Notes: generated from the sequence alone by a model not told the origin. 64,000 bases of DNA from Octopus sinensis (GCF_006345805.1 NC_043019.1:22629360-22693359), one strand, 5' to 3'. Counted from the first letter of the stretch, positions 1 through 11,521 are shown. Numbers and translations: made by a program.

Positions 1-167
1 TGAGTATTGGTAAAGGAACCACCAACTGGGCGCTGGTGCGGCTCCCTCTTCTACCACCTGTTACATCCTGGGTGTTTAGCTGGGTAAGAGGGTGATAGGA
101 TGGTTTTGGGGAGTATGTGTGTGAGGGGTAAAGGGGTGTCTGTGTTTGTATAACCCTACAACTATGT

Positions 168-581
168 ATTTGTTTACTACCCACAAGGGGCTAAACAAAG
201 AGGGGACAAACAAGGACAGACAAACGGATTAAGTCGATTACATCGACCCCAGTGCATAACTGGTACTTAATTTATCGACCCCGAAAGGATGAAAGGCAAA
301 GTCGACCTCGGTGGAATTTGAACTCAGAACGTAGTGGCAGACGAAATACCCATTTCTTTACTACCCACAAGGGGCTAAACACAGAGATAACAAACAAGGA
401 CAGACAAAGGGATTAAGTCAATTACATCGACCCCAGAGTGTAGCTGGTACTTAATTTATCAACGCCGAAAGGATGAAAGGCAAAGTTGACCTCGGCAGAA
501 TTTGAACTCAGAACGTAACGGCAGACGAAATACGGCTACGCATTTCGCCCGGCGTGCTAACGATTCTGCCAGCTCGTTTCT
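168..581 (-). mobile_element. SINE family B, head-to-tail dimer (5'-truncated unit 168-350 plus full unit 351-577) inside one TSD
   Basis: Two copies of the tRNA-like head/central domain (minus strand GAGTTCAAATT...CTTTCATCCTTTCGGGGTCGATAAATTAAGTACCAG) with tail TTAGCCCCTTGTGGGTAGTAAAGAAAT. An 11-bp direct repeat TACAACTATGT at 157-167 and 582-592 flanks the pair. Confidence 0.9.
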
Positions 582-779
582 TACAACTATGTGTGGACCT
601 AAACCAATTGGCAAATGTATGGTATATGCTACCAAGCCATCATTTATTGTAAGAGAGGACTGGTGAGGTGGCTGTAAAGGTTTGTGACCCAGAGGTTAAA
701 GTTTTAGGCTCACAATCATGAATGATTGCAATCTTGGACTGGGCTGCACATCATATGATGATATATACTTTTGAATCTT

Positions 780-960
780 TTGCTGGGGCACCACCTTGAA
801 GGGTTTGGTCAAACATATCAACTACGATACTTATTTTTGAAGTCTGGCTGAATTGAACAGCTGAGTTGTGAGCATGTAAACTAATCAATAGTGATTGTCA
901 AATGGTAGAGAGACAAACACACATACACATGTGCACACAGTTTCTGTTTATCAAATTAAA
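780..960 (-). mobile_element. Degenerate SINE family A (3' half)
   Basis: Diverged match to the reverse complement of the family A body/tail (gctggggcaccacc...gagacaaacacacatacac). Confidence 0.45.
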
Positions 961-961
961 A

Positions 962-1113
962 AGGCATATGTGCATGCATGGTTGTGTGGTAAGAAGTTTG
1001 CTTCTCAGCCACATGGTTCTGAGTTCAGTTCTACTGTATGGCACCTTGAGCAAGTGTCTTCTACTAGAGCTTTGTGAGTGGATTTGGTAAATAGAAGCTG
1101 AGAGAAGCCTGTC

Positions 1114-1144
<31 letters not shown>

Positions 1145-1395
1145 TGTATATAAATATACACATATATGTGTTTGTGTCTGTGTTTGTCCCCCACCACTGC
1201 TTGAAAACCAGCATTGGTGTGTTTATATCCCTGTAACTTAGCAGTTAGGCAAAGAGACCAATAGAATAAATACCAGGCTTAACAAAAAAAAATTAAAATA
1301 ATAATAATAAGTACTGGGGTCAGTTCATTCGACTAAAAGTTCTTCAATGCAGTGCCCCAGCATGGCCAGTCTAATGACTGAAACAGATAAGGGAT
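962..1395 (+). mobile_element. SINE family A
   Basis: tRNA-like head (TGTGGTAAG...GAGTTCAGT), CORE-like ACCTTGAGCAAGTGTCTT, internal TA/TG microsatellite, tail CCAGCATGGCC...GACTGAAACA. Confidence 0.85.
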
Positions 1396-1702
1396 GAAAG
1401 AAAAGTTTCTGGGTAACAGGAGACAATTATCCACTGGTAGATGGAAGAGATACCCATAGATCCTATATCATCATCATCACATCATCATCATCATCATCAA
1501 TATCAACAGGTAGAGTGTAAAAGCAAAAAATAGTTAGCGATTATCATAACCGTATATGTGTGTGTGGGGGGGAGGGGGCATGGTATGGGTGATGAGGTTC
1601 GGTGTTGAAATGTAGCATGATGGAGAGTTGTTGATGTATGACAAAAAAGACTTGGCTGAATATCGAACAGCTGAAGCAAGGATCAATATTAGATTAAATA
1701 AA

Positions 1703-2069
1703 CTAGCACTATGACCTGGCAACGCCGGGTCATAGTGCTAGTGCATGCATATACAGCTGCGTGCGTGCGCACATACACGCGAGTACTGTCCAAATCTCCG
1801 ACCAATCACATACAGCTAGCTGGCATTCAATTGGCGTATCAAGTTCCGGGCATTTTGATTGGGTTTTGGATAGAAAATTCACAAAAAAGTCACTTCTATT
1901 GATTTTTTTAATGGCTTTGCAGGGTGACTGGGGAAATGTAAAGATGTGCACGACCACCCTTGGACGGTTTTGAATGACCATAGAAAGTGCGAGCCCTCTA
2001 ACTGAAAATTTGTGGATTTGTATAAAGGACACACACGCAAACATTTTGCCGTTTATATATATATAGAGA
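1703..2069 (-). mobile_element. Non-autonomous Helitron
   Basis: Minus strand reads A^TC...CTAG^T with a GC-rich subterminal hairpin (1702-1742). Its 5' end GCCGTTTATATA..GAGAT is shared with the 58975-59385 copy. Confidence 0.8.
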
Positions 2070-2130
2070 TTATAGGCAAAATGGCTGAAAATGAGGTAGT
2101 CGTAGTAGTAGCTATAGTAGTAATAATATT

Positions 2131-2334
2131 TGTTTCAAAGTTTGGCACAGGGCCAGCAATTTTACAGGGGAGAGTTTAGTCAGTTACAATAAACCCCCAG
2201 TATCTGACTGGTATTTTATATTATCAACCCAGAAAGGATGAAAGGCACATTTGACCTTGGTGGGATTTCAGCTCAGAAGAAATGCTGCCAGACATTTTGT
2301 CCATCATGCTAGCAATTCTGCCAGTTTGCTACCT
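2131..2334 (-). mobile_element. SINE family B
   Basis: Family B central motif GAAAGGATGAAAGGCA...TTGACC with GGCACA..GCCAGCAATTT tail type. Confidence 0.8.
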
Positions 2335-2364
2335 AATAATAATAATAATGATAATAATAATCAT

Positions 2365-2475
2365 CATCGTTTAACGTCCGTTCTCCATGCTAGCATGGGT
2401 TGGACCGTTCGACTGGGGATCTGGGAAGCCAGAAGGCTGCACCAGGCTCCACTCTGATCTGGCAGTGTTTCTACA
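2365..2475 (-). mobile_element. Repeat family C (3' end with (GAT)n tail)
   Basis: catcatcgtttaacgtccg..ccatgctagcatgggttggac...ctggcagtgtttctacagct, recurring at 2848, 8005, 16190, 38741, 44460, 50965. Confidence 0.8.
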
Positions 2476-2501
2476 GCTAATAATAATAATAATAATAATA
2501 A

Positions 2502-2710
2502 TTTCAAGTTTTGGCACAAGGCCAAGAATTTTGGGGGGAGGGGGCAGGTCAGTTACATTGACCCCAGTGTTCGACTGGTGCTCTTTTTTATTGACCCCCC
2601 CAAAGGGATGAAAGGCGAAGTTAACTTTGGTGGAATTTGAAGTCAAAATGGATGAAATTCCACCAAGCACTTTGTCCAGCATGCCAATGGCTCTGCCAGC
2701 TTACCACCTT
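2502..2710 (-). mobile_element. SINE family B
   Basis: Family B motifs, flanked by (AAT)n. Confidence 0.8.
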
Positions 2711-2847
2711 AGTAATAATAATAACAGGCAGCAAGCTGGCAGAAACGTTAGCATGCTGGGGTAGGTACCCTAGATAAAATGATAAGGACATACACTTGCA
2801 AAAGAATGCCTCGAAGCTGTCCTATGGTTATATTCTACAATATCATC

Positions 2848-3010
2848 ATCATCATCATCATCGTTTAATGTCTGCTTTCCATGCTAGCATGGGTTGGACG
2901 ATTTGACTGAGGGCTGGCAAACCAGATGGCTGCACCAGGCTTCAATCTTGATCTGGCAGAGTTTCTACAGCTTGATGCCCTTCCTAAGGCCAACCACTCC
3001 GAGAGCATAG
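2848..3010 (-). mobile_element. Repeat family C
   Basis: (CAT)n followed by family C consensus including gatgcccttcctaa..ccaaccactcc. Confidence 0.8.
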
Positions 3011-3011
3011 G

Positions 3012-3592
3012 ATTGATATAAATTCAGTGAATGCTTTCATTGTTACTAAACAGCTTCACTTGTAAAGTTTTAAGGATAAAAGAAGACGGTGCCTAATTCA
3101 GTTAGGAAAGGAACTTGTTGGAGTTAATTCCAAACAAGAACATGACAGACAATCTTCTAGTTCAGCTAACATTTCTCAACCAAACAAGAAAAGACAATGA
3201 TCTTCAACCTTATTTGAGATTTCTCAGCCAAAGCAAAAATGAAGATGGTCTTTGTGTAGCCCAAAAACAGACATGAAAACCCGTACTACATGTAAGAGCT
3301 GTAATATCCATGTTTACCAAGAACATCCCAATGTTGTCTGCATTGACTGCCATGAAAAACCGTAATTCTATATTTTTGTAATTTTATAAATTTATAATAT
3401 ATTCTGTAAGCTGTAATTATTCTTATTAAAATTTGCGAGAAACAGTAATTCTTCATTCACCTGGTAGCATATATAATCTAGCTAAGAAGTAGTGGTGGTC
3501 TGAATAGGATTTAATTAAAAGAAAAATATTGGGTCCATTGGACCCAGTTGGGGATTAGTGACGTACATTTTCCCTGGTAGACCAAAGGTTCA
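3012..3592 (+). pseudogene. piggyBac transposase 3' remnant with right-end sequence
   Basis: Translates to ...NAFIV...RRRCLIQLGKELV... and a decayed Cys-rich C-terminal domain (*RWSLCSPKTDMKTRTTCKSCNIHVYQEHPNVVCIDCHEKP*, stop 3363-3365). Subterminal palindrome GGGTCCATTGGACCC at 3531-3545. Confidence 0.75.
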
Positions 3593-4169
3593 TTGAGAAA
3601 AAGGTGGACAGAAAATGGGGGTTGGTGGGTTAACTGTAGGGCCACCTGAGGTTAATTAAGAAACTGTTCCAATATTATCTCACAATAACAAATACTAATG
3701 AGGATGACAAGTTTAAAATACAATAATAAAAAAAAAATGAACAAAAAAAATACATAATAGTAAAAAAACTGTCAGCACTGTGATGGTGACGATGATGACA
3801 ATGATAATGATGATGATGGTGATTAGGACTCTGTTATCCAATATTGTCTTTTTTTTTGTTAAGAATGTAAGAGTCATTTGAGGAAAATTGAGCTGTTACT
3901 TCTAGAAAGTTAAGCAATTACTTATAGGGCACCTTAATTGGCTTATGTTTGTTGTTGTTGTTATTGTAGTTTGGTGCTAGCTTTATTTTCTGACATAGTG
4001 TATCAAGGATTACATTATTCAATGCTTCTTTATATCTAAATACCAGGATGTGATTTGTGGGAAGTTTGACTGTAATTTCTAGCAGGTCATTCAGATATTT
4101 CATGGTTCCCTTGTTGAGTTTGTCCCTCCTCACCTTCCCTACACCTTTTTCTCCTACTTAGTGTGTGAA

Positions 4170-4201
<32 letters not shown>

Positions 4202-4921
4202 TGTATGTGGATATGCATGTATGTATGTACACACACACACACACACACATATGAAGGGCATCTTCCAGTTTCCAAAACCAAATCTACTCACAAGATGTTA
4301 CACTGTAGGACTCATCCATACAGCCACACCTGTATGTATGTATGAATGTATGTGTATACATGTGTGTGTATGTATGCATACACACACAATCACCAGGGTT
4401 CAGATTCAATCCTGGTACCTGGCATCTGGGGCCAGTATCTTTTACCAGGGCGCTCAGGTCACCAAAGCTTTGTGTGTAAAACTGCATAGATGGAAGCCTA
4501 CGTGGAAGCACAAACAGACACACGAATGTATGTATACGCACACACACACAAGCACATATAAAACACATGCATGTACACACACACACACATAACTCCTGAT
4601 ATGTCTAATGTTGTGTGTGAATGTGTGTGTGTGTGTGTGTTCATGCATGCAAGTGAATAGGGTGGAAAGCAAGGGAAATTAAGAAATGCATGACAGAAGA
4701 AAAGAAATTCATCAATTCATGGAAGTGTGTGAAGTTAAGCTTGTAATATATTTATTTACACCCATTTAATTCATTACCCATGTCTGCTGTAATATCTTTG
4801 ATCATTGGTCTGTTTGAACAGAGCAGGCTTAGGGTTAACGACAACAACAACAACAACAAATAATGGCTCAAGAAAATACTAGAAACAGTTGCCAGTTGTG
4901 GGGCTGAAAATAATGTAACAT

Positions 4922-5375
4922 AGGCACAGGCATGGCTGTGAGGTTAAGAAGCCTGCTTAGCAATGATATGGTTTCAGGTTCAGTCCCACTGTACAGCACC
5001 TTGGGCTAGTGCCTTCTACTATAGCCCTCGGCTGACCAATGCCTTGCAAATGAATTTTGTGACAAAAACTATTGAGAAAACTCTTCACACACATGCATAC
5101 ATATACAGACATACACACACATGCATACATACACATATACATAGACATACACACACATACATATACACACATACACACACACACATGTGTGTGTGTGTCT
5201 ATGACCTCCACTACCACTTGACAACTGGTGTTGGTTTATTTATGTCCCCATAGCTTAGAGATTTGGCAAAAGAGACAGAGAGAATATACACCTGACTTAA
5301 AGGGAAAATAAGTACGGAGGTCAATTTAATTGATTGAACCCTTCTCAGCAGTGCAACAAGTAAAAGAGATATATA
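4922..5375 (+). mobile_element. SINE family A
   Basis: Head GGCATGGCTGTG..GGTTCAGTCCCACTG, CORE-like box, internal CA/TA microsatellite. Confidence 0.8.
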
Positions 5376-5586
5376 AAAACAGATAAAGAGGAAAAAGAAA
5401 TCAGAATACAACTCTCTTGATATTGTTAACATTGTCAGGATATGGTTAGCTGTGCCAATTTGGAATATCATGATGGCATTTCTATGGCAGAAATAGAGGG
5501 TCATGAATTTGGTGGTGCTACTTTGGGGCTGCTATCCTGATGCCTGCAAACTTACTCTGGAGCATACAAGAGACGATTAGTCAGGA

Positions 5587-5945
5587 CTGCAGCTCTAACT
5601 ACATGACAGGGAAATGACATTCTACTGGATCTCCTGGCAGAAATGTTGGTGGGGTGTGTGTTGGGGAGAGGGGAACCTGTTTGGACACCAACCCTAGCCA
5701 GAGTAGATACATTTTACAGGACCTTTTGCAGCAGGGGGAGTCCATTAGGGCTGCAACCCTAACTGCATGACATGGAAGCGACATTCTACTGAAATTCTTG
5801 GTGGAAAATGGTGGAGAAGGACCTATTTGGACACCAGCCCTAGCCATTGTAGACATATCTTAATGGACCTTCTGGTAGCAGGGGAGAATCCGTTGGGAGT
5901 GCAGCCCTAACCAAGAGTAATGATAATCTACTGGAACTTCATGGG
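5587..5945. repeat. Diverged ~150-165 bp tandem repeat (~2.3 units)
   Basis: Units start at 5587, 5751 and ~5899 and share tgca.c.ctaac; the first two also share gacattctactg and ttggacacca.ccctagcca. Confidence 0.7.
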
Positions 5946-6165
5946 TGCACTTTAACATTGTACCCAGCATCATGTTAGTGAGATACTAATGGTGAAGTGA
6001 CAAACAGGATTGATGTTATCATATTATTGCAGCTATCATCCCTCATAGCTGTGATGGATGATAGCTGATGATAGAGACTTCTGGCTGTTTCCCCAGACTT
6101 AGGACATACATCACTGTAACCCTGGCAATGGTTATAAAAGTAATCTAGAAGATATCTCTGTAAGT

Positions 6166-6563
6166 AGGCATAGGAGTGGCTGTGTGGTAAGTAGCTTGCT
6201 TGCCAACCGCATGGTTCCGGGTTCAGTCCCACTGCATGGCACCTTGGGCAAGTGTCTTCTACTATAGCCTCGGGCCAACCAAAGCCTTGTGAGTTGATTT
6301 GGTAGAGGGAAACTGAAAGAAGCCCGTCGTATATATGTATATATATATGTGTGTGTGTTTATGTGTCTGTGTTTGTCCCCCCAACATCGCTTGACAACTG
6401 ATGCTGGTGTGTTTACGTCCCCGTAACTTAGCAGTTCGGCAAAAAAGACCAACAGAATAAGTACTAAGCTTACAAAGAATAAGTCCTGGGGTCAATTTGC
6501 TCGACTAAAAGGCAGTGCTCCAGCATGGCCACAATCAAATGATTGAAACAAGTAAAAGAGTAA
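6166..6563 (+). mobile_element. SINE family A (young, full length)
   Basis: Near-identical to the copies at 8501 and 9106. Confidence 0.92.
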
Positions 6564-6792
6564 GTGTTGTATAATTACATTGTGTAACAAAATTCTAATT
6601 TTTCATTTGTCTTTGGTCTGTAAGTGTTATTTCCTATTTTTGCTCCTATCTAGAAATTAAAGGAAATCACTACTATTCCCTTCAAACTTTGCTTTTGTCA
6701 CCTGGACACCAAGTTTTTGAAACTGACCTATTTTCCATTACATTTCACACAGATTCAGCACTGAGTTGCTGAAGCAGAAATATCATTATAAC

Positions 6793-7135
6793 AAATATTC
6801 TGCTCAATACCACAGATTTGCTTGTCACTTGCTTGACCGTAACCCCTCTCTCTCTTTCGGAGAGGCACTGAGCAGCTATACGCACACATACACACACGGC
6901 AGTAACTTCCACCTACCGAATTCAATCACAAAGCTCCGGTCGGCTCGGGGCTATAGTGGAAGACACCTACCCAGAGTGCCACGCAGTGGGACTGAACCCG
7001 AAACCATGTAGCTAGGAAGCAAGCTCCCTAACCACACAGCCATGCCCGCGCCTACTTGAGCATGTCCCCATTGTGGCTGACAATATGTGCATCTGAGCCT
7101 CATGTGTTGAGAGGGATTCTTTGAGGTTTGAATAG
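6793..7135 (+). mobile_element. Repeat family G fragment interrupted by an antisense family A copy
   Basis: aaatattctgctcaataccacagatttgcttg...taacc | insert | cttgagcatgtccc matches the uninterrupted copy at 34596. Confidence 0.75.
6880..7052 (-). mobile_element. SINE family A 5' part nested in family G
   Basis: Reverse complement of the family A head (gtgccacgcagtgggactgaaccc...ccacacagccatgccc). Confidence 0.85.
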
Positions 7136-7199
7136 ATGTGACAAAAGGAAAGTTTGAAGGAAATAAATATTAGCCATTTTCCATACTTTCTAGGGGTAA

Positions 7200-7600
7200 G
7201 CGAATAGGAAATAACAGTTGCTACATAAGGACAAAAATCGTGTTACACAGTGTTATAGACTTAGCTGAATAACACTGACAGACCATAGTGTCTCACTTAA
7301 AGAAGGTCAAGTTGGAATAGACAAACTACAAAAAAAAAAAAAAAAAAACCCTCCAACTATGAAAAAATATTTCAGCAAATATAAAGAATATTGAAATAGA
7401 AAATATAGATGATTAGGAATATTGATGCAAGAGCGGTCCCTATAATTATTGTATCATTGGAAGTAGAAGTTGTAGTGATGAATGATATAGAGAAGAACAT
7501 CAAAGAACAGCCAATTATAACTTCTGTTTGAATATAGTAGCGGCACTCCTAAAAAGGGTGGCCACCATATTTTATAAAACGACATCATTAAGACGAAAAC
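7200..7600 (+). pseudogene. Highly decayed R4/Dong-like restriction-like endonuclease fragment
   Basis: Fragmentary translations VIDLA, DHSVSLKE, SKYK..EIE, VPIIIVSL fall in the same order as in the better-preserved copy at 40.5-40.9 kb. Many stops and frameshifts. Confidence 0.45.
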
Positions 7601-7693
7601 CACAAACTTGCTTTACTATGCAGTAACAGAATTGCATTGACGGAGTACACATGTACCCATGTACAGGACATGATGTTTATGATAATAACAATC

Positions 7694-8003
7694 CTTTCTG
7701 CTACAGGCATAAGGCCTGAAATTTGGAGGAGGGGTTAGTTGATTATATCGACTCCAGTGCTCAACTGGTACCTAATTTATTGACCCCAAAGGGACGGAAA
7801 GCAAAGTTGACCTCAGTAGCATTCGAACTTAGAATGTAAAGTAGCTGGAAGAAATACTGCAACACATTTTATTCAACACATTCTGCCAGCTCAACACTCT
7901 AGCAATAATTCTTTCTAATTTTGGCACAAGGCCAGCATTTATTGAAGAGAGGGTGACAAGCTGATTACATCAACCCTAGTATTTGACTGGTACATTCTTT
8001 ATT
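7694..8003 (-). mobile_element. Two SINE family B copies in tandem
   Basis: Family B motifs with two different tail types. Confidence 0.75.
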
Positions 8004-8004
8004 C

Positions 8005-8400
8005 TATCATCATCATCATTGTTTAACATCTGTTTTCCGTGCTAGCACGGGTTGGACAGTTCAACTGGGGTCTGGGAAGCCAGATGGCTGCACCAGGCAC
8101 CAGTCTAATCTGGCAGCGTTTCTACAGCTGGATGCCTTCCTAACACCAACCACTCCAAGAGTGTAGTAGGTGCTTTTTACGTGCCAGGCGAGGCTGGCAA
8201 TGGCCACGATCGGATTGGTGCTTTTTACGTGCCACCGGCACGGAAGCCAGTCTAGGCGGCGCTGGCACGTTCGGATGGTGCTTTCTATGTGCCACCGGCA
8301 CAGGTGCCAGGGGAGGCTGGCAGCATCCACGATTGGTTGGTGCTTTTTACATGCCACCAGCACAGGTATCACAACTACAATTTCCATTTGATATTTGATA
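8005..8400 (-). mobile_element. Repeat family C (long copy with internal gtgccaccggcac repeats)
   Basis: Family C consensus plus 3-4 internal repeats of tgcttt(t/c)ta(c/t)(g/a)tgcca. Confidence 0.85.
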
Positions 8401-8500
8401 TCAACTCTGGATAATAATTACAGTTAACCTCAGCAGGATTTTAAGTCAGAACATAAAGAACCAAAACAAGTACTGCAAATATTTTTATTTATCAGCCTAT

Positions 8501-8902
8501 AGGTGTAGGAGTGGCTATGTAGTAAGTAGCTTGCTTACAAACCACATGGTTCCAGGTTCAGTCCCACTGCGTGGCACCTTGGGCAAGTGTCTTCTACAAT
8601 AACCTTAGGCCGACCAGAGCTTTGTGAGTGGATTAGGTAGACGGAAACTGAAAGAAGCCCATCATATATATGTAAATATATATGTATGCTTGTGTATATG
8701 ATTGTGTGTCTGTGTTTGTCCCACCAACATTGCTTGACAACCGATGCTGGTGTGTTTACGTCCCTGTAACTTAGTGGTTCGGCAAAAGAGACCAATAGAA
8801 TAAGTACTAGGCTTAAAAAGAATAAGTCCTGGGTTCGATTTGCTCGACGAAAGGCGGTGCTCCAGCATGGCCGCAGTTACATGACTGAAACAAGTAAAAG
8901 AG
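8501..8902 (+). mobile_element. SINE family A (full length)
   Basis: Near-identical to the 6166 copy. Confidence 0.92.
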
Positions 8903-8942
8903 ATACTGTAATGATTTTGACAATCCAGTAATAAAAATAATA

Positions 8943-9095
8943 ATCCTTTCTACTAAAGGCACAAGGCCTGAACTTTAGAGGAAGGGCGAGTTGATTACAT
9001 CGACCCCTTTGCTCAACTGGTACCTATTTTTATTGACCCCAAAAGAATGAAAGGCAAAGTCGACTCAGTGGAACTAAAACCCAGAATGTAAAGAA
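8943..9095 (-). mobile_element. SINE family B (interrupted by the family A copy at 9106)
   Basis: Body/tail at 8943-9095. The head-like remainder resumes at ~9507 after the family A insertion. Confidence 0.75.
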
Positions 9096-9105
9096 AGGGT
9101 TTATA

Positions 9106-9506
9106 AGTGTAGGAGTGGCTGTGTGGTAAGTAACCTGCTTACGAACCACATGGTTCCGGGTTCAGTCCCACTGTGTGGCACCTTGGGCAAGTGTCTTCTA
9201 CTATAGCCTTGGGCTGATCAAAGCCTTGTGAGTGGATTTGGTAGACGGAAACTGAAAGAAGCACATCGTATATATGTATATGTGTGTTTGTGTGTGAGTG
9301 TGTGTGTGTATGTTTGTCCTCCCAACATCACTTGACAACCGATTCTGGTGTGTTTACATCCCCGTAACTTAGTGGTTCGGCAAAAGAGACCGATAGAATA
9401 AGTACTAGGCATACAAAGAATAAGTCCTGGGGTCGATTTGCTCGACTAAAGGCAGTGCTCCAGCATGGCCACAGTCAAATGACTGAAACAAGTAAAAAGA
9501 GTAAAA
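9106..9506 (+). mobile_element. SINE family A (full length)
   Basis: Near-identical to the 6166 and 8501 copies. Confidence 0.92.
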
Positions 9507-9876
9507 GATGCTAAGCATTTTGTTTGGCATGCTAACATTTCAGCCAGATCACCACCTTAATAAAAATAATAATAATCCTTTCTACTATAGGCACAAGGTC
9601 TGAAATTTGGGGAAGAGGGGATAGTCAATCACACCAATCCCAGTGTTCAACTGGTACTTAATTTATCAACCCTGAAAGTATGAAATGCAAACTCAGAACA
9701 TAAAGGCAGCCGAAATACTGCTAAGTATTTCGTCCAGCATGCTAATAATTCTGCCAGCTTGCTGCCTTAATAATAACAATAATAATAATAGTTTCGATTT
9801 TTGGCACAAGGCCAGCACTTTTAACAGGAGGTCAATAGGTTATTATATTGACCTCAGTATTTAACTGGTACTTATT
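9507..9876 (-). mobile_element. Chain of SINE family B copies separated by (AAT)n
   Basis: Head fragment 9507-9560, copy 9573-9768, partial 9790-9876. Confidence 0.75.
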
Positions 9877-10812
9877 GAGATATAGTTTGAGGGAGATCTG
9901 GTTGCTTTTTCTTGCAGGTTGAGTGACTCTGTAGTGGTTCCCTTGTTGACTTATTAGGGACATGTTATGTCCCTAATAAGGACATATAAAAACAAATGGC
10001 GATATTACAATGTTTATGATATCCACTCAACCACAAGATATGATTCATTTTGTTGTGCTTTGTGACAGAAGACAAGAATTACATTGTTGGAACTAAGACG
10101 TTTCTTGCAAAACAAAGCAAAAAGTGAATAAATAAACTGATAATATTCCCAAACAAGTGAACACAAATGGTGCAGACAGAAGGGATCCGGTTAGCAGTTG
10201 TGTGTTTGTCAACTAGTAAATCATGTCACACATTTGGGTTTACAGCAAAGATACATTGTTTCATAAATGGCCAAGACTACCTGGCTGGCAATGGGTTCCA
10301 AGGCAGGAAATCAGACAGAATCTTAGAGCCCTTTGTAGCATTCCTTCTGGCTCTCTAAGCTATAGGTTCAAATCCTGCCAAGACCGATTTTTCCTTTAAT
10401 CCTTTTGGGGTTGATAAATAAAGTGCCAGTCTCTCTCTCTCTCTCTAATTTGTGCCAATTCAAAAGGTGTGGTCTTCCCACATTATGTTACACTGATGCT
10501 GCATGGGAATTGCATAAACTTCCACTCATACCTGTGGAATCCTCAGTCACTTACATGTGGATTTCCCCAAGTAGGAATTTAATCAGAGGGACAACTGAAT
10601 CATCATCAAAGATATTGATGAAGAATTCAGTAAAAGAGTACCAGGGTGGAGGAACAACATGCTGTTGTGATTAATTAAACTTGTAGTACTAATGAGTATT
10701 TTATTAGTTTGTAGTACTAACAAGTATTTCATTTTTAATAGAACTAACAAGTATTTATTAGAAATATTGAATTTCTAAATGTCTCAGAGAGACACGAGCG
10801 GTGGTGGGGCGA

Positions 10813-11027
10813 TATAGTGGTTGATGATGGGCAAGACCCAGAAACATGCATGTCTTCAGGTGCTAATCCTAGCTGGCGGGGGCGCTTGCCTCCCCTTTGC
10901 AAATATAAGGACACAGGAAATGTGTCAAAGCCGACAGGAAGCGTCGATGCTTCCTAGGGCTAAATAGCGGTGGTGTGATTCCCTTTAGGGGACTGTCACG
11001 TTGAGTTGACAGTATACAACCACTATA
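10813..11027 (+). ncRNA. Putative structured RNA with a minimal type-I hammerhead-like motif (10821-10854)
   Basis: TTGATGA core, stem II TGGG/CCCA, GAAA, palindromic stem III A-CATGCATG-T, GUC cleavage triplet. Four further hairpins follow, plus an 11-bp terminal stem (10813-10823 with 11017-11027). Stem I is weak. Confidence 0.55.
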
Positions 11028-11521
11028 ACAAGTATTTTATTAACTTGTAATAATAAGTATTTTGTTAATTTGCAGTACTTAAAATCTAAAGGAGCCAATC
11101 AACTGCCTCTGTTGGCCATTTTTGTTACCATATTTCTGTTGTAATACTCTGCCAGTGTTTCAATTAATTTTGAAAATAATGAGAATTTGGTAAAATAACT
11201 GTGTATTTGTTGTTGTTATTATTATTAAGCTTGTATCTGGAATATAAATGAGCATGAAGTTTTGTGGACGAAAGTCTTAGTTTAGATCACCTTAAAGCAA
11301 GAACAGGGGACAGCCTCTGGTGGATCTCTTGTAGGTGTGGCACCCAAAGAGTTAATAACAATAACATTTATTTCTAATATTACATAATTATTAAAGGTGG
11401 TGAGCTGGCAGAAGAAATTAACATACCCACTCCCTTGAAATTGGTGGTCTTGTACCAAAATTTGAAACCATTATTATTATTATCATTATTTTAAAAGGAT
11501 CGACATAACTCTTCACAAAGA

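Noticed and set aside
6166-6250. tRNA-like A/B boxes at SINE heads (many copies)
   Set aside because: They are SINE promoters and do not form complete cloverleaf tRNA genes.
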